64,000 bases of DNA from Cirrosporium novae-zelandiae (taxonomy: Eukaryota), in the NCBI GenBank assembly GCA_026023565.1, contig JAPETS010000041.1, forward strand, positions 62,001 to 126,000. The letters are read 5' to 3'. Each line of letters opens with the position of its first letter. Position 1 is the first letter of the stretch. Below are positions 26,152 through 39,383 of the stretch, piece after piece. Both the position numbers and the translations under genes were made by a program. The notes under the pieces are model-generated. The model had not been told where the DNA came from. It saw only the letters and a program-made list of their open reading frames with translations, and did no database searches.

Positions 26152-27901
26152 ATGCCTTCTCTCAATTTTACAATATCTCCAGACAATGTCTCAAAGTTAC
26201 ACGACGCCCTCAGCTGCCTAGCAAAATTCAACGAGTCTGTCTCTATTGAAGCATTTCAAAGCAGGGTGCGTTTCCTAATAAAAACGCATTTATTTCCTTC
26301 TTCCCCTTGTATCTATCTCTCTTTCTAGCTCGTTGCTTGTATATTCATCGATTTATTTATTTTTCTCGTAGTTCTGTCTATCAGCTTTAAACTCCAGCAA
26401 AACCGCCTGTGCGTCCATCTCGCTGGACAGCCAAGTATTTTTCACTAAATACCATTTTGCGTCGCGGGCGAGGAAAACGGGGGATGGTGAGGGGAGGTTT
26501 ACTTGCCAAATTCTAAACAAGGTGATTAGAGGCTCCCTTTTTAGATATGCGGTGAGGGGGGGGTGTATAGACTAATAATGATATGTTTGTTCGAGGCACT
26601 TTTATCGGTCTTTAAAGGCAGGTTGGTCGAGTCCAAGGATAAAGACACGGGTATCGATCGATGCGAGGTCACGCTACAGGATCGGTCTGACAAGACAGAG
26701 TGTCGGTTGATTGTCAAAATCATTTGCAAACATGGTATGCGGTGATTTTTTTTTCCTGTAATGGGACCTGCAGTTTTAAAGGGTAACTCTGATCAGTGTT
26801 TCAGGTGTGATTAAAACCTACAGGCTTACCTACGAATCTGTGGGGGTAATGTCCGCCGTCTTCGATAAGAAAAAGGCAGTTAATAGATGGACGATGAAAT
26901 CCGGAGCTCTACGGGAATTTATAGAATACTTCGGACCCGGGACAGATCAGCTGGAAATATATCCGGATGCTGGACGGGCTATCTTTTCGAGTTTTAGAGA
27001 AAAGGTTACTAATGGGCGTGGTAAGCTTTACTAGGGTTGAGTAGTCGGCAGCATTCCATTAATATCTTCAAGAGGTGCTAAAACAGCCTTTGAATACATC
27101 TGTGGCTATCGAAACTTCTGAATTTGAGGAATTCTGGGTTGAGGATAACCTGCATGTTATCATCAATGTCAAAGACTTCAAGGCTATTGTCAGTCATGCT
27201 GATACCCTACATACCATCATCACCGCAAGATACTCCCATGCTAGAAGACCCATGCAAATATCCTATGATGACGATGGGATGCTGTGCGATTTCATACTGA
27301 TGACAACTGGGGATGCCCGAGGAACTTCTGCCTCTCCTGCTCCTTCAACGCGCCTGGGTGGTTCCACTACAAGGTCAAACCCTAGATCAAGCATCCCCGT
27401 TGCTGGAAGCCGAACCAATGTTCAAATAACATCAAACTCCATGCCTCCACCTCCGCCACCTCAGTCCACCCCTCGCACCGTTCCCAATGCTCCGCAGGAA
27501 AAACCCCAGCCACCAAACCCAGACTCTAAGCCACCAAGACAAAGTCTCGAGTCAAGCTTGTTCTTTCCAGCCGAAGATGAAGATCGGCAATGGGACGAGC
27601 AGCAGTATGAGGAAGAAGAGGAAGAGGATATGCTTGGATGGGATGCAAGCGCAGAACATGTAAGCAACAAAGCCACTCCCTTCCTTTCTCTTGCTAACCG
27701 GATCTGTCAGAACACCCCTGGACTTCTTTTCGGTGATCCAGACCGGACTAGAAGCCAAGTCGAAGCGAGAGATTCTTTTGGTGCTGTAACAACAGTCGAG
27801 GGAACCCAACGGATATCTCAGGTAAGAATGCTTCAAAGTCCAAAATATTTTCTTCAAGATGCTGATTGTCGCAGCTTCGTGGTCTGTTCGACGACGAATA
27901 A
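26152..27901 (+). CDS. rad9: 9-1-1 checkpoint clamp subunit Rad9 (Ddc1-like); 6 introns
   Basis: LHDALSCLAKF.ESVSIEA, LSALNSSKTA, NKALLSVF, CKHGVIKTYRLTYE, LKQPLNTSVAI, DFILMT; acidic tail ending LRGLFDDE*. Confidence 0.9.
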
Positions 27902-28011
27902 GAGCTATCCATGTCTCTGCTGGTCAGCCGCCTTAGTTCACATACACAAAACCCAATCTCTTTTTAGAAGAAAAAAAATAGTTACCCATCAAATCCATCC
28001 ATCTGTACATT

Positions 28012-29286
28012 TCACCTTTCCACCCCACGTAAACGAAATTCAAAATCCACCAGGCCCTCACGGCCTTGTCTCCCAGTAGCCCCCACAAGTAAAAAACTTG
28101 TTGCACACCCCGCCCCAACAGCTTCAATCCACATCCCACAACCAACCTCCAACTCCACATATCCACCACGCCCCTTCCTCTCCACATCAGAAAAAGGACC
28201 ACAATTCCCATGTTCCCCCCAACCCCACAAATACGCCTTCCCATCCCCAGTCAAAGCAACGACATGTTCACTCCCGGGAGCGAAAGCCCTAATATCCTCC
28301 AGCCCCCTCGGCCCCAACTGCTGGAAGTTATTCCGGCCCCAACTCACAACTCCGCCATCCTTTCGCAAAACGAACACGCCATTCCAACCTGCCCGGATAT
28401 CCATGAAGGGGGGGAGAGACGTCGGAACCGCATCCGAAATCCCCCATTTCTTCCCACCAAGCATCGCATGGCCGTCTATCCCACCACCGCTGTCGTATCC
28501 GTAGATAAATGTAAACTCCTTCCCACACGTAACACCCAGCACCTTTTCCTTTTCCTTCACTTTTACGCCCATAGACGACGACCCACCCCCCCCAAAACAA
28601 AACTCGATTCTCCTCGGGGGCCAAACCCTTGCCATGCGCGGCTCCCCAAGCTGGCCCTTACTCCCGTTTCCCCACCCATGGACCTCTCCATTACTTAGCA
28701 CGACAACCACATGTGCCATACTGCTCGCAAGAGAAACGATCTCAACCCCAGAAGGTGGAAACCCTTCGATCCTCCTAGGTTTAGATCTTCTTCTTCGGAT
28801 CCCCGTCATCATAGTCTGCCCCTCATCATCATCAACATCATTATCATCACCAGACCCCAAAACATAAACCCCTGAATCCATCGTCACAAGAACCGACGAC
28901 TCCCACGTGGCAGCACAGGCTTTGAAAAGTCGAATCACGTCTCCCGCTTTTTTGGCTTCAATCTCCACCCGTTTAAAAATTGTACTGCCTCCCTCACCAC
29001 TGCCACCATCACCACCACTATTACCCCCAAACCCACACTGCCCCACACCATCATCCCCAGCCGCAAAAACAGCTCCATCATCAAACAAAACCAAAGTATG
29101 GTTTGCGCCGGCAGAGATAAACGGAACAGTTCTAGATCCCGAGTCGTCCGAGGAAGAGAGGGAATCTGGGAGAGAGGGATCAAAGATACATTTTTGAGGC
29201 ATGGATGCATCAACCACATGGCCGGTTCCCAGCTGGCCATGCTTATTGGAGCCGAGGGCGTAGAGGGCGGAAGTTTGGGTAGGCAT
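28012..29286 (-). CDS. ATS1: RCC1-repeat protein, Ats1/Kti13-like; single exon
   Basis: LYALGSNKHGQLG, GWGNGSKGQLG, SWGRNNFQQLG, GSEH, WGWGEHGNCG, GAGCATSF. Confidence 0.85.
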   Translation of the reverse strand: MPTQTSALYALGSNKHGQLGTGHVVDASMPQKCIFDPSLPDSLSSSDDSGSRTVPFISAGANHTLVLFDDGAVFAAGDDGVGQCGFGGNSGGDGGSGEGGSTIFKRVEIEAKKAGDVIRLFKACAATWESSVLVTMDSGVYVLGSGDDNDVDDDEGQTMMTGIRRRRSKPRRIEGFPPSGVEIVSLASSMAHVVVVLSNGEVHGWGNGSKGQLGEPRMARVWPPRRIEFCFGGGGSSSMGVKVKEKEKVLGVTCGKEFTFIYGYDSGGGIDGHAMLGGKKWGISDAVPTSLPPFMDIRAGWNGVFVLRKDGGVVSWGRNNFQQLGPRGLEDIRAFAPGSEHVVALTGDGKAYLWGWGEHGNCGPFSDVERKGRGGYVELEVGCGMWIEAVGAGCATSFLLVGATGRQGREGLVDFEFRLRGVER

Positions 29287-30197
29287 TTAAAAAAAAATTT
29301 CTTCTTTCTTCCTTTTTTTTCTCTCAGCCCCCCTCCCCCGTTGGGACTTTCTTATGGGGGGGAAAAGGGATGCTTTTAGGAATTGATGTTTGCGTTGGTT
29401 CGGGTTTTTCAGGAATTGGTTCACGAGGGAGATAGCTGATGTATCTGTCTCGAAAAAAAAATTAGAAATCAAAATACAAAAAGCAAAAGAAAAATTCCCC
29501 GATGATTTCCTTTCTTTCCCTTTCTTCCCCCCTCTCTACAGTAAACAGTAAACCTAAAAATACAATTTAGAGAAGAAAAAGAAGAAAAGATAAATAAATA
29601 TAATTTCGCACAAAAGTTCGTTTATGAATATGGTACAGTACAGTAGCGACTTTAATGGTTAAAAAATGGTTAATATATGCACAAGATCATTATCTGGGGG
29701 ATGGTCGCTTTATTTGGAGGTGTATGGTGGTGGCTGGAGATATTTGTTTTTTGGTTTTTGGTTTCTGGGATGATCGAGGAGTAGACTAGTAGGGGTGAAA
29801 AAGGATGGCAATTACGTAGTCTATTCCCCATCTAGGTTTTTTATTTCGGCAAGCTTGTTACTTTACCGTAGACACGTCAGAGTACAATGACAGAAAGAGA
29901 AAAAGGACCTCATAGGTTGATTGGATTTAAATTTCATGTATTTATATAATCTACTAAAGTATCTGGGACTGTGATTAAGATATATATTGTAAAAAACCAA
30001 TTAGATCTATAGGTTTCATTTATTTGTTCGCATTGTCTGTTCGCATTTTTTTTGTTTTTCTGCTTATCCAAACGAAAGGATGATGTAGAAAAGAATCATC
30101 GATAGCCATAAATTGTAAAGTTACAGGATTTCATTCCCAGATAATCTGTTACTCGTACACTCTTTCACGCCACTCTCCTTTTCTCGTCTAAAGTATT

Positions 30198-32602
30198 TTA
30201 CTGTGCAAATCTGATCCGAGAAAGATGATCGCCGTCCCGCTTCCGCTCGTCTCCCTGTTTCCTGATCCTCTTCTTCATTCTCTTCCGATACTCAATCATC
30301 TCGGATGCATGGGTATTGCGGGCCAGCCAAGCTGAAATCCTTTTTCTTTCACCCACATGGTATCCCCTACCCTTTGGCATGATTTCCCCATGACTAATGA
30401 GCCAATCGTAAATAGAGATCATGTTCTGTGCGAGTTCGATGGTGGCAGAGCGTTCCAACTGGGTGACATTTGCTATGTGGGTTTGTTCGCTGGTGGTTTT
30501 GGATAGTGCTGGTGAGTCGCTTGTTTCTTCTCCCTCTTCTTCGTCGCTTTCCTCTTTGGCTGTACTATCTTCGGTTTCCTGATTAGATGCTCGCACTACT
30601 ATGGCTCTGCCGTACGAACTCAGGCTTCGCAGATTCGTAAAGTTAGGGTTTAACAATTCTAATGCCTGCTGCATCTTTATCCCATTTTCAGTGTCCCTTG
30701 CAAGAGCAGCATATTTTGCAAGGGGGCGGGGCTGTGCATCCTCGAACTTGTTCGTCATCATTTGTATTATCTCAGTTGCATTTTGAAACGCCGTTGGATT
30801 CTTTCTGTTACGGTAGCATGTACTCAAAGCGATTAGGAAAGATGATGGCCGCAAGGCTTCATTAGGGAGTGATTGTATAACGCTGAGGGTGTCAGTGGAG
30901 GCTCTTGCATCCCGTAGAATACGCAGGTAATTATGTAGATTGTTGGTGTCGGGAATCACATTGTAGGAATGTGGGTCTGTGAGCATGGACCAATACTTGG
31001 CAGCTGTATTTTTCACACGAAGGCGGATGCACGATTCCATTACCAAGGAGAGTGTGGCATTGGAAGCCCGAGCAAAGGAAAACGGATGAATTTTTGGTAT
31101 ACGACTACCGTTTATGAACTTTTGATTCCTAGGATCAGCAGAGGCTGGAGTTTCTTCAAGAGGTTTAAATTCTGACCCGCTAGGATCGTTTGAATCTGTA
31201 GGAAGTCTAGGAGAGGGAACAAGCTCAGCCTTAGGACTCTCGGAATCCTCATGTTCTTGGTCCCGATATCTCTCTTGGCTTATATCTTTGATACCTGGGA
31301 CATGCCTAGCCATATGTTCGGGCGACCCTAAGGAGGGTATTTGACGAGGGACACCCATAGTCTGATGAACAAGGGAGAGTACATCATCGTTATCCTTAGG
31401 TGATCCGAGTAGAAGCAGCCTCCCCATTGCATTAACAAGTCGTTCATCCATCTTCAGTGTTCCAGATTTCCACCGAGATACAACATCCGGCCACAATCTC
31501 TTGCCATCCATAATAGCCTTTTCTTGTCTGGAGGACCTCTGCTCAGGGGTTTCATCATGTGATACAGGTTCAACAGCATCGTGGTATATTGCGTTCAAGA
31601 TTTCAGTATATGTGATATGGTCAGGGGCTCCAGGTCCACTCTCAGGAAGTTTTGCGGTAACGCCATACATAGCGTCAAGGTTTCTCAACAAACCACATAC
31701 ATTTATGATGGCATTGGTATGAATGATACTAGGTTTGACTCGCGAATTTGGTACAAACATAGAATGATATACAGAAAGGGCTTTATCAATCACTTGGGCA
31801 GGATGCCGACTGTTGGCAAAGCCTCGTAGGATGATAGTATAAGTGTGGGAATCAGGATATTGACCGCGTTTTTTCATCTGCATTGTAGAACTCTATCAAC
31901 CACCTGGACCCAGGCAGGCAGGAATTCGTCTGATCACCATGCACATCTGGTAATAAAGTTTTGACTTACCTCGTTATATAATTTCAGAGCTATACTAGTA
32001 TGCTCTTGTTTCATTGCATGGTCCACCAAATGGTTCCAACTTACAGTACAATCCATCTCTTTGCTCATATCTCTTACCCGTGTTAAAGCCCATTTAACAT
32101 TCCCTTTGTTGATTGTGTTTAGGGTAAACTCTGCCAGCTTCGAAGGATCCTTAAACCATGTTTTCAACCATGCCTCTGTTCCTCTTTTATTTGCATTCTC
32201 CATGTCAATTCTTCGCATCTTCTTATCCCGTCTCAGAGTCGCTGGCCATGGCCTACCCGAAGGCCCATATTTTTCCTTCCAATGCTGATGATATGCTATT
32301 GCAGCGCCTCTTTCAGAACCGTCCCCTCGTTCTGATGTTCGCTTTACATCCGCTACAGCAGCTGCGTAGACCCGCTCCACGGCACTCTGCTTCTTCTGCA
32401 TTGGATCACGTCGGCTCTGCCTAGCGACTGCTGTAGCATATTGTCTGCTCTGCGCCCAAGGTTGGCTCTGAACATTTTGACGGTGCACAAGGGTAGAGGG
32501 CCGAAGTCCACCACGGAGGAGCGATTGTCGTTGCGATGGCAGGAGATTATTGTAAATTGTCAAGGAAATGCATCGTCTGATGCATGTGGAACAGTCCAGC
32601 AT
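30198..32602 (-). CDS. Pentatricopeptide-repeat protein, probably mitochondrial; intron about 31878-31969
   Basis: CTVSWNHLVD...ALKLYNE|MKKRGQYPDSHTYTIILRG, HTNAIINVC and PDHITYTEILN PPR motifs; Arg-rich presequence-like N-terminus. Confidence 0.9.
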
Positions 32603-33515
32603 TACTCGTAAGGCATGCAGCGAAATACCTATTACTTTTCCGACGGAGGTAATAATGACTGGTACTAGCTGGGCAACTCGATGGACAGTTGAAGCTTTAA
32701 TTTTTTTCGGATGTTTACTCGGCCGAGTGATTAATCTTGGCCTAAATTTGAATTATTATTTCTCAACACTCATGTTTGCAACAATAAAGGGGTATAATAA
32801 TTTAGCTTGGCTTTCAATAACCTCATATATCTGCAAAATCTGGTTGAATATTGCAAACAAAACTCTAGGAATTTAGGGTCGACCGTCTAGCTGGAAAGCC
32901 AACGTAGGGACGTAACATTGAAGAGATCTGAACACACCAATACATGCATGTCACTACGAGGAAAAATGCCTACACCCGCTCAAAATATTTAGCCCTTAAC
33001 TCCCCGATGCAAATATAAATATAAATCTAATTTCTGTAAATGACTTAACCTTATTTAACTTAATGGCCCTTGCCTCTCATCTATATATGCATATAGATCA
33101 GGTACAAATCAGGAAAGGAGAGAGAACCTTTGAAACTTCAATAGCTTCTCTCTTTAGCTAAGAAGAAAGATAACATCCCCCTTTAGAAGACCATCAACCT
33201 AGTAGCTAGTACTAAAATACTACTTAAGGTCCCTTTCTAGTTGATGCAACAATAATATATTCCTACTTAGATTCAATTGTCTTTCTGAGCAAGAAAGTAA
33301 TAATCTAACGTAGACATCAATATGCTAGAGAACTGTTCTTTCAACGACTAGTTGTTGAGGACAATTCTCCCAATCTGAGTAGCTACATGTCTACTCTCTA
33401 TCGATACCCCCTTTAACCTTAGACATTCTCAGGATTGGGGCATCAATTTATTTTCTGCCTCTTCGAACACATTGCATCTTTTAGTGACACGTTTCTGCCA
33501 AGACCTCTATTCACA

Positions 33516-34466
33516 ATGGCAGGTTATCGTAGCAAACCATCAAGGCAGGTCTCTCGTGTCCTATATGTTTTCTTCCTCTTGCTTCTCCTGCTTGTTTTGC
33601 TGTTTCAGCTCTGGACTAGAAGTAGAGTAAAATAGATTACTGAGATTGATGGCTTGCTTATACTAGTATATTAGGTGAACATTACAAGCAAAGGAAAAGC
33701 GTGAAAAGGAGGCCTTGATGTCGATTCACTATCGGTTATTTTTGTCATATATTGCGCATGTATGATAACGGCAATCCATTATGGTGTTAGAAATTACTTC
33801 CAGGAACTTAACATGAAAGATGTTTCTAATGCTCTTAAGGCTGGACATTCCTCTGGCTAGTTCAATGAAGGCAGAACTTCTGATCAGGTTTGCAGTAGTC
33901 CCACCTCATAGAACAGTCCTTTAAATTATCATTGCCATCAGTCATTTCCAATACTCTCCTTGCCCACCTTATTTTCTTTTAATGCCATCTAATCCATACC
34001 CGGTGGAATTTGAGTAAACATGGAGAGAAGTGTATTAGAATCCATATCATCAAAAACATGATATATTTATCTGTGGCTATTAATGTTCTCACGGACCTCA
34101 TTTTCGCTGGGTTGCCTGTGGCAATTGTATGGAACATTAATCTGAAGAGATCACTCAAGTCCGGTGTTGTTGGAATCTTGGGGCTAGTAGTCCTGTGCGG
34201 CCTCGCAGAGTCTTCAAGTATTTTGACGTTGATAAATTTGTCCCACAGTACTACTGTTGCGACGTTGGTCCGAGTGGGGTATATCGTGGACGTTGACGGG
34301 AATACAAGTCTACTTCGTAAGCTTCTGAACACCATTATTAGCATTGCGTATCTAGTTATTCTACATAGACCCCGTAATCGGATTGGTCACTTGGACCATT
34401 GTTAAAGTAGGCCTGGCCATAATTGCCACCTCCTTATCAACATTTAAACCTCTACTTGTTACCTAG
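33516..34466 (+). pseudogene. Degenerate PTH11-like (fungal rhodopsin-domain) integral membrane protein gene
   Basis: Remnants AIHYG, F*CHLI..RW...GEKC, INVLTDLIFAGLPVAIVWNINL, ATLVR, WTIVKVGLAIIATSLSTFKPL; in-frame stops at 33633, 33672, 33896 and 33980; damaged splice sites. Confidence 0.8.
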
Positions 34467-36630
34467 GTGGAAAATATAGGATTGAATAGAAGCAGTAGAA
34501 AAGCAAGGAACTAGACTAGTACGAGACATCATGGTCACGAAAGTGGCCGAAGCACGGAAGGATTGATGACGGTTATGAACGAGTCTGCAAACTGTTCGAT
34601 ATTTGGCTCGGAATACCATATTTTATTTCAATTTTAGTTTCCTTTTCTTTTTCTTTTCTTTTTTTAAAAAAAAGCGGGTGAGAAACCTAATGTTATAAAT
34701 CAGGAGTCAAATGGATTAGAGGCGACGGGTAAAAAGAAATTTAAAGAGACAGTAGGGATGCGTATTCAGCAGAAAAATGACGTGCAGATATATCAGGATC
34801 CCAAATATGCTTACCTCTGTGGCTTTGTATTGTGGAGAATTTTTTTTGTTGCAGGATCCGCTAAAGAATGCCCTGCTTCTCGATGATGTAAAAAAGGGAA
34901 ACATAATTCAGCCCCCCAGGGCAATACCTATTGTATAGCTAGTCGATGGGCAGCGGGTGACGCGTTACACAACAGGACTTTGGTAGAAATTTACCACCGG
35001 TCCAAACTAAAAAGATTGGGGGTGGTACGGGATGGAAGAAGATACTTGTACCAAAGGAAGGCCAAGGTGCTTGCAATAATCTTCGGACCGTCCCATCTTC
35101 CTAACTAATTATTTTTAGTCTTGGTACATTGATACAAGGCACCTACCTTACCTCACAGCCTTGATGGCTTAGAGGCAAAATCAATAAGGCAAACGGTGGG
35201 ATAGCCCTAAAACTCCTAGGAGCCTTTGGAGCCTTAGAAGCCTCAGGCTAAGAAAAAAAAGAAAAGGTGCTACAATTTTGATGGATCAATCATCAATCCA
35301 TGATACCTGTTTATCTGCACCACCCACTATTTTAGCAAAAGCATGCACAACATGGTTCAAGGAGCTAGGTAAACCACCAATTTTTCCTCCTTTATCATAG
35401 ACCGTTCTCAGTATCCGCACATCCTTTCCTCCCACATGTTCTATCATCCAAGCTAGTACACTAGTTAATCAGTCGAAAAGAACCGGCCCCATGGTCTTGG
35501 ACCATGGTAGGGGAAAATAAAGGGAATGAAAAGAAAAAGAAAAAGAAAGGGTAGGGGCGCCAAAATTGAAAATGATCGTCTACAACCTACGGGTTCGCGC
35601 AATTCATAGCATCGGTGCGGCATGGTTTGAAACTCAAGCAGCTTTTCTTTTTTTGTCGCAATCAACCTAAATGATGCCGTCCATTCGGGGTGCCGAAATC
35701 TCAGACGGTTTTTATCTTAATCGGTTCGGCTGTTCCCTGGGAATTGGACCGTTGACAGCTGCCAAACTACTGCACGTAACCTACTGACCACCTTGCTTGA
35801 GTACCTTAAATTCAAACCAAATAAAATTCACGACGGCGTTCCAGATCTTCCATGGGGGGTACGGAATGAACTTATGGCCCTACCATTATCTAAAAAACAA
35901 ACCGAGCAAAAGCTAGCTACACTTTACCGGTCAACCAGTCCAACGGGCTCCCAGTGGAACCTGGTTAGTAGAACAGCGCTATAGGGAAGCAACCATGAAC
36001 TACTTGGACCCATGGATAATATCCAGCCCTAGCATTCCGTGTGCATTTGAATCCCATAGCAAGTGGAGTTTTTGAACCGATATCTAGTCAAATCAATCCT
36101 AACTTCTCATGTATTCCGTTAAAAGTACAACAGGACCACTATTGGCCTTCGGGAAATAATCCTCCACAGCTCCTGTATGCTAGAAAATGCTCAAGGGGCA
36201 ACATAAGGTGAAAATGCCACCCCAGTATCAGACGATACCATCTCGTCTCATGCATGTATAAGTGCGGAGAAAAAAAAAACACCGGGGAATAAAACCGAGA
36301 AAGACTCTCAAACACCGGATTTTGCAATGACAAGCTTCCCAAAGAGATAAAAAAAAGATAAAAGCATGGCAAATACAACATGTAAACCCTGCTGTATCAC
36401 GACGACAATCGATTTAAAACCGACCACTTCTGGTAGTCAACATATCCCATGCGCCACAGCCGATCCTTGGAATTATGCTATGAACAACGGCCCTGATCAT
36501 GACTCAACTCCATGATGCATGTCCGATCTATTACCTTCCTCCGCCCCCACCTGTCATGACTCATGCCGATTGCTGATCCAACCGAAAGGGAGGAAGCCGT
36601 TAATACATAGAAGGTGGTGAGAGAATCCAA

Positions 36631-38355
36631 TCATTGATAGCTGTTAGGATTTTGAGCATCTGGATCTAGGAATCAGTCAGTCCACCATCAAGAGTCAATA
36701 GACACAGATGGGGTCACCAACGTTGCTGGTAGACTTGATTTTGGGGGGTATATGGCGAGTGAGGATATTGGTAGTTCACTTGGCCATTCCCTTGCTGATA
36801 CATCTGGTTGGTCATGCCGTCACTGGGAGCAGTGTATTGGCCTGGAGCCTGAGGCGTTGCAGCAGGCCCGTAGCCAATGGGTGGTAATTGGCGAACGCCA
36901 ACAGGTTGAAAGGTCTGAGGAGGATTTTGATTCGGATCCGCACCTTGGCTTTCCACTTGCTGTTGCGCTTGTGCGGCAGCAGCAGCGCGTTGGCGCTCTT
37001 CTTCCTGCTTTCGCTGGTTTTCTTCCTCCTTCTTGCGAGCCTTCCACTCTTTGCGAATTTCCTTAAATTCTGTAAACATCAGCCCGGTTAGTCGAGCACA
37101 ATACGATCCCTCGTTATACAATTAAAGTGATGGGAGCAACCTTGTCGTAGGAGGGTACGCTAATTGAAAGCTACCTTAGATTCACGCCCACGCCAAGAGT
37201 TGCCATAAAATAGACCAACGCGTGGCACACGTTGTGTAACGCGACTACTTTTCCAGGGTTGCCTCTAACCAAAATTGCAAGTTTGCGACCAAACACAAAA
37301 CAGAGTGAAATTAAAATATATCCACGTACCTTCGGGCGTACGCTTGGCACCATGAGCTTGCATCGTTACATGCGCGTTCAAATGATTCAAGGTACCATAA
37401 GCCTTTTCGCATCCATTCCACCCGCATTTGTACATACGTTCGATTTCCTCATAACGACGTCGAGGACGCTTGTGCTGTTGCGCACCGGGAATCGGGACGA
37501 AAGAGTACACTTGTGAAAGCGGGTGCGTCTGTAGAACCCCATAAGGACCAGGGACATACATGTGGGGGTAAATGCCAAAAGCGCTGCTACTAACCTGTCC
37601 CGGGCGTGGAGGTGGCGCCGTCGTTGTAGGAGCGCCGGCAGGCATACCTGCCGCTGTACCATATGGACCGGGAATACCATATGGGTATGCTGAATGAACT
37701 TGTGGTGGCCAATCTGCTCTCTGATGCATTTGTTGTGGTGGCGGATAACCTTGGTGCTGTGGTAGTTCATGGCCTTGAGGCTGGTACGGAGAATATGGCG
37801 GTGGATAGGTAGGGCTCGACTGCGCTATGGAGGGATCTATGGGAACATCGGGGTCAGACTTCAGTTGGGTAGAATTTTGATGGTTTCGCTGTTCCCCATC
37901 TTGAAGGGTTTTGGACGGACTTGTTGATTGTGCCATTGCTCCAACTGCTGTATTTGGGTGTTGCGGCACCGGTGCGTACTGCTGTTGTGATGGCGGCGGT
38001 TGTTGTTGTTGCTGCTGTTGTTGTTGTGGTGTCGCGAATTCAGGAAAACCTCCAGAACGCGCCGAGGGCGGTTGAATGTTGTACTCGGATTTGGGCGTAG
38101 CAGAGGAAGAAACGGTCGAGCGCACCTCCGGTTGAGGGGTGTACTGCGCAGCAGATGCTTGATCTGGTGTGTTGATGATTCAGTAAGGTGTTTTGGGTTG
38201 TTGTAAGGTCTGGGTGGGATGGATGAGCAATACATACCTGACTGCGGAAAATCGGAGGCACTTCTGTCCATCAAACTTGTATCCCGTCGCGTGTCTCTGA
38301 TAGCAGCAAGGCTTGGATGAGATGTCAGCATCGCGATACTCGACATGTTCGACAT
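36631..38355 (-). CDS. con7: C2H2 zinc-finger transcription factor Con7; introns 36666-36721, 37070-37329, 37529-37594 (possibly retained), 38164-38237; alternative in-frame start at 38271
   Basis: VYSFVPIPGAQQHKRPRRRYEEIERMYKCGWNGCEKAYGTLNHLNAHV...KRTPE|EFKEIRKEWKARKKEEE is the Con7 signature. Confidence 0.92.
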
Positions 38356-38667
38356 GTTTGGATAATGGAATCAAATCAACAAAGAGTATAGCAACAGGGT
38401 TCACCAACTCTAAGAAGCTTTTGAGAACGTGTCGCGGGCTTTAGCCTTGCGACGATGCAAAGAGCGAACGGAAAGCTCGAGAGATGCTTAATCGCAAGAA
38501 CGACGGTCGCTGGGCAGGGACGGGCGTCCGGTGTATTGTACCAGCTCGTGGATAGGGTAATAGGGTGGTGTCGAGGGAAAAGGACGGGGGTAGGCTTAGG
38601 GTCAAAGCCAGAGACCAGGGAGAGGGTCTTAAGAGCGGCAAAAGACCAGATGCAGCGGTAAAAGCAC

Positions 38668-38728
38668 CTAGTTGGAGCGAGGGTTAGTTTGGCTGGAGAG
38701 GGTAAAGCTAGGTAGGCGTGAAGAATAC
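38668..38728 (-). other. Predicted 5'-UTR intron of con7 (61 nt)
   Basis: Minus strand GTATTC...CTAAC cctcgctccaac TAG. Confidence 0.5.
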
Positions 38729-39180
38729 CGAATCGAGTAAGTGAGTCGTTAGGGAGGTATTAGTGAAGGAGTTAGAAGGTCTTAGGAAGGAGCGCGATGC
38801 CGGTTTGGCTCAAGGGGCGATCTGGGTACTTTAGAGACTTTTTTTTTCCTTTCGACTTCGGACGAGCACTAGTGGTCTTGGATTGCTCTAGTATTTCCGT
38901 AATGGCGTCGAAAGAGCGGACTGGGATTTAGGAAGTAAAAAAGGATGATGATGGAGGAATTCAGGGAACGGAGTATGCGGTGTGCGGATGGCCGGCACCG
39001 CTTAAAAGATCCGCTAAGACTAACTAGGCGAGCCAAAGCTGTTGTTGCGTAGTAAGGTGGAGATTTTTTTTTGGATATTGGATGAATCAACTTGTCCCCC
39101 GGTGGGTAAATGATCTTGATGATTTGGTGATATGATGATATTGTGGGACTTTTTTTCTTTCTTCCCCTTCTTTTGGTATT

Positions 39181-39383
39181 CTACAAAGAAAGAGAGTTAA
39201 TTAGGTTACTTTTTTTTTCTTTTTTTTTTTTGAGTTCTGCCAATTGTAAATAATCAAGGGCTTTTTTGGGGTGGGGAGGAAAGAGAAGGGCGTGTGGGTA
39301 TGTGTGGGGGGGTGTGTATTATCATTTGTAATTTCTTTGCTTTGTGTATGTATATGTATGTGTGTGTGTGTGGGTTTCATTAC
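39181..39383 (-). other. Predicted 5'-UTR intron of con7 (alternative donor at 39415)
   Basis: AAG|GTAATG (or GTAAGG) donor; CTAAT/TTAAC branch, pyrimidine tract ctctttctttg, TAG acceptor. Confidence 0.55.

Noticed and set aside
27822..28079. RAD9 ORF overlapping the ATS1 3' end
   Set aside because: Artefact of reading through the last intron; the spliced gene stops at 27901
34961..37243. 13-nt inverted match CGCGTTACACAAC between 34961 and the con7 intron (37231-37243)
   Set aside because: Tens of 13-mer matches are expected by chance in 64 kb, and the match does not extend
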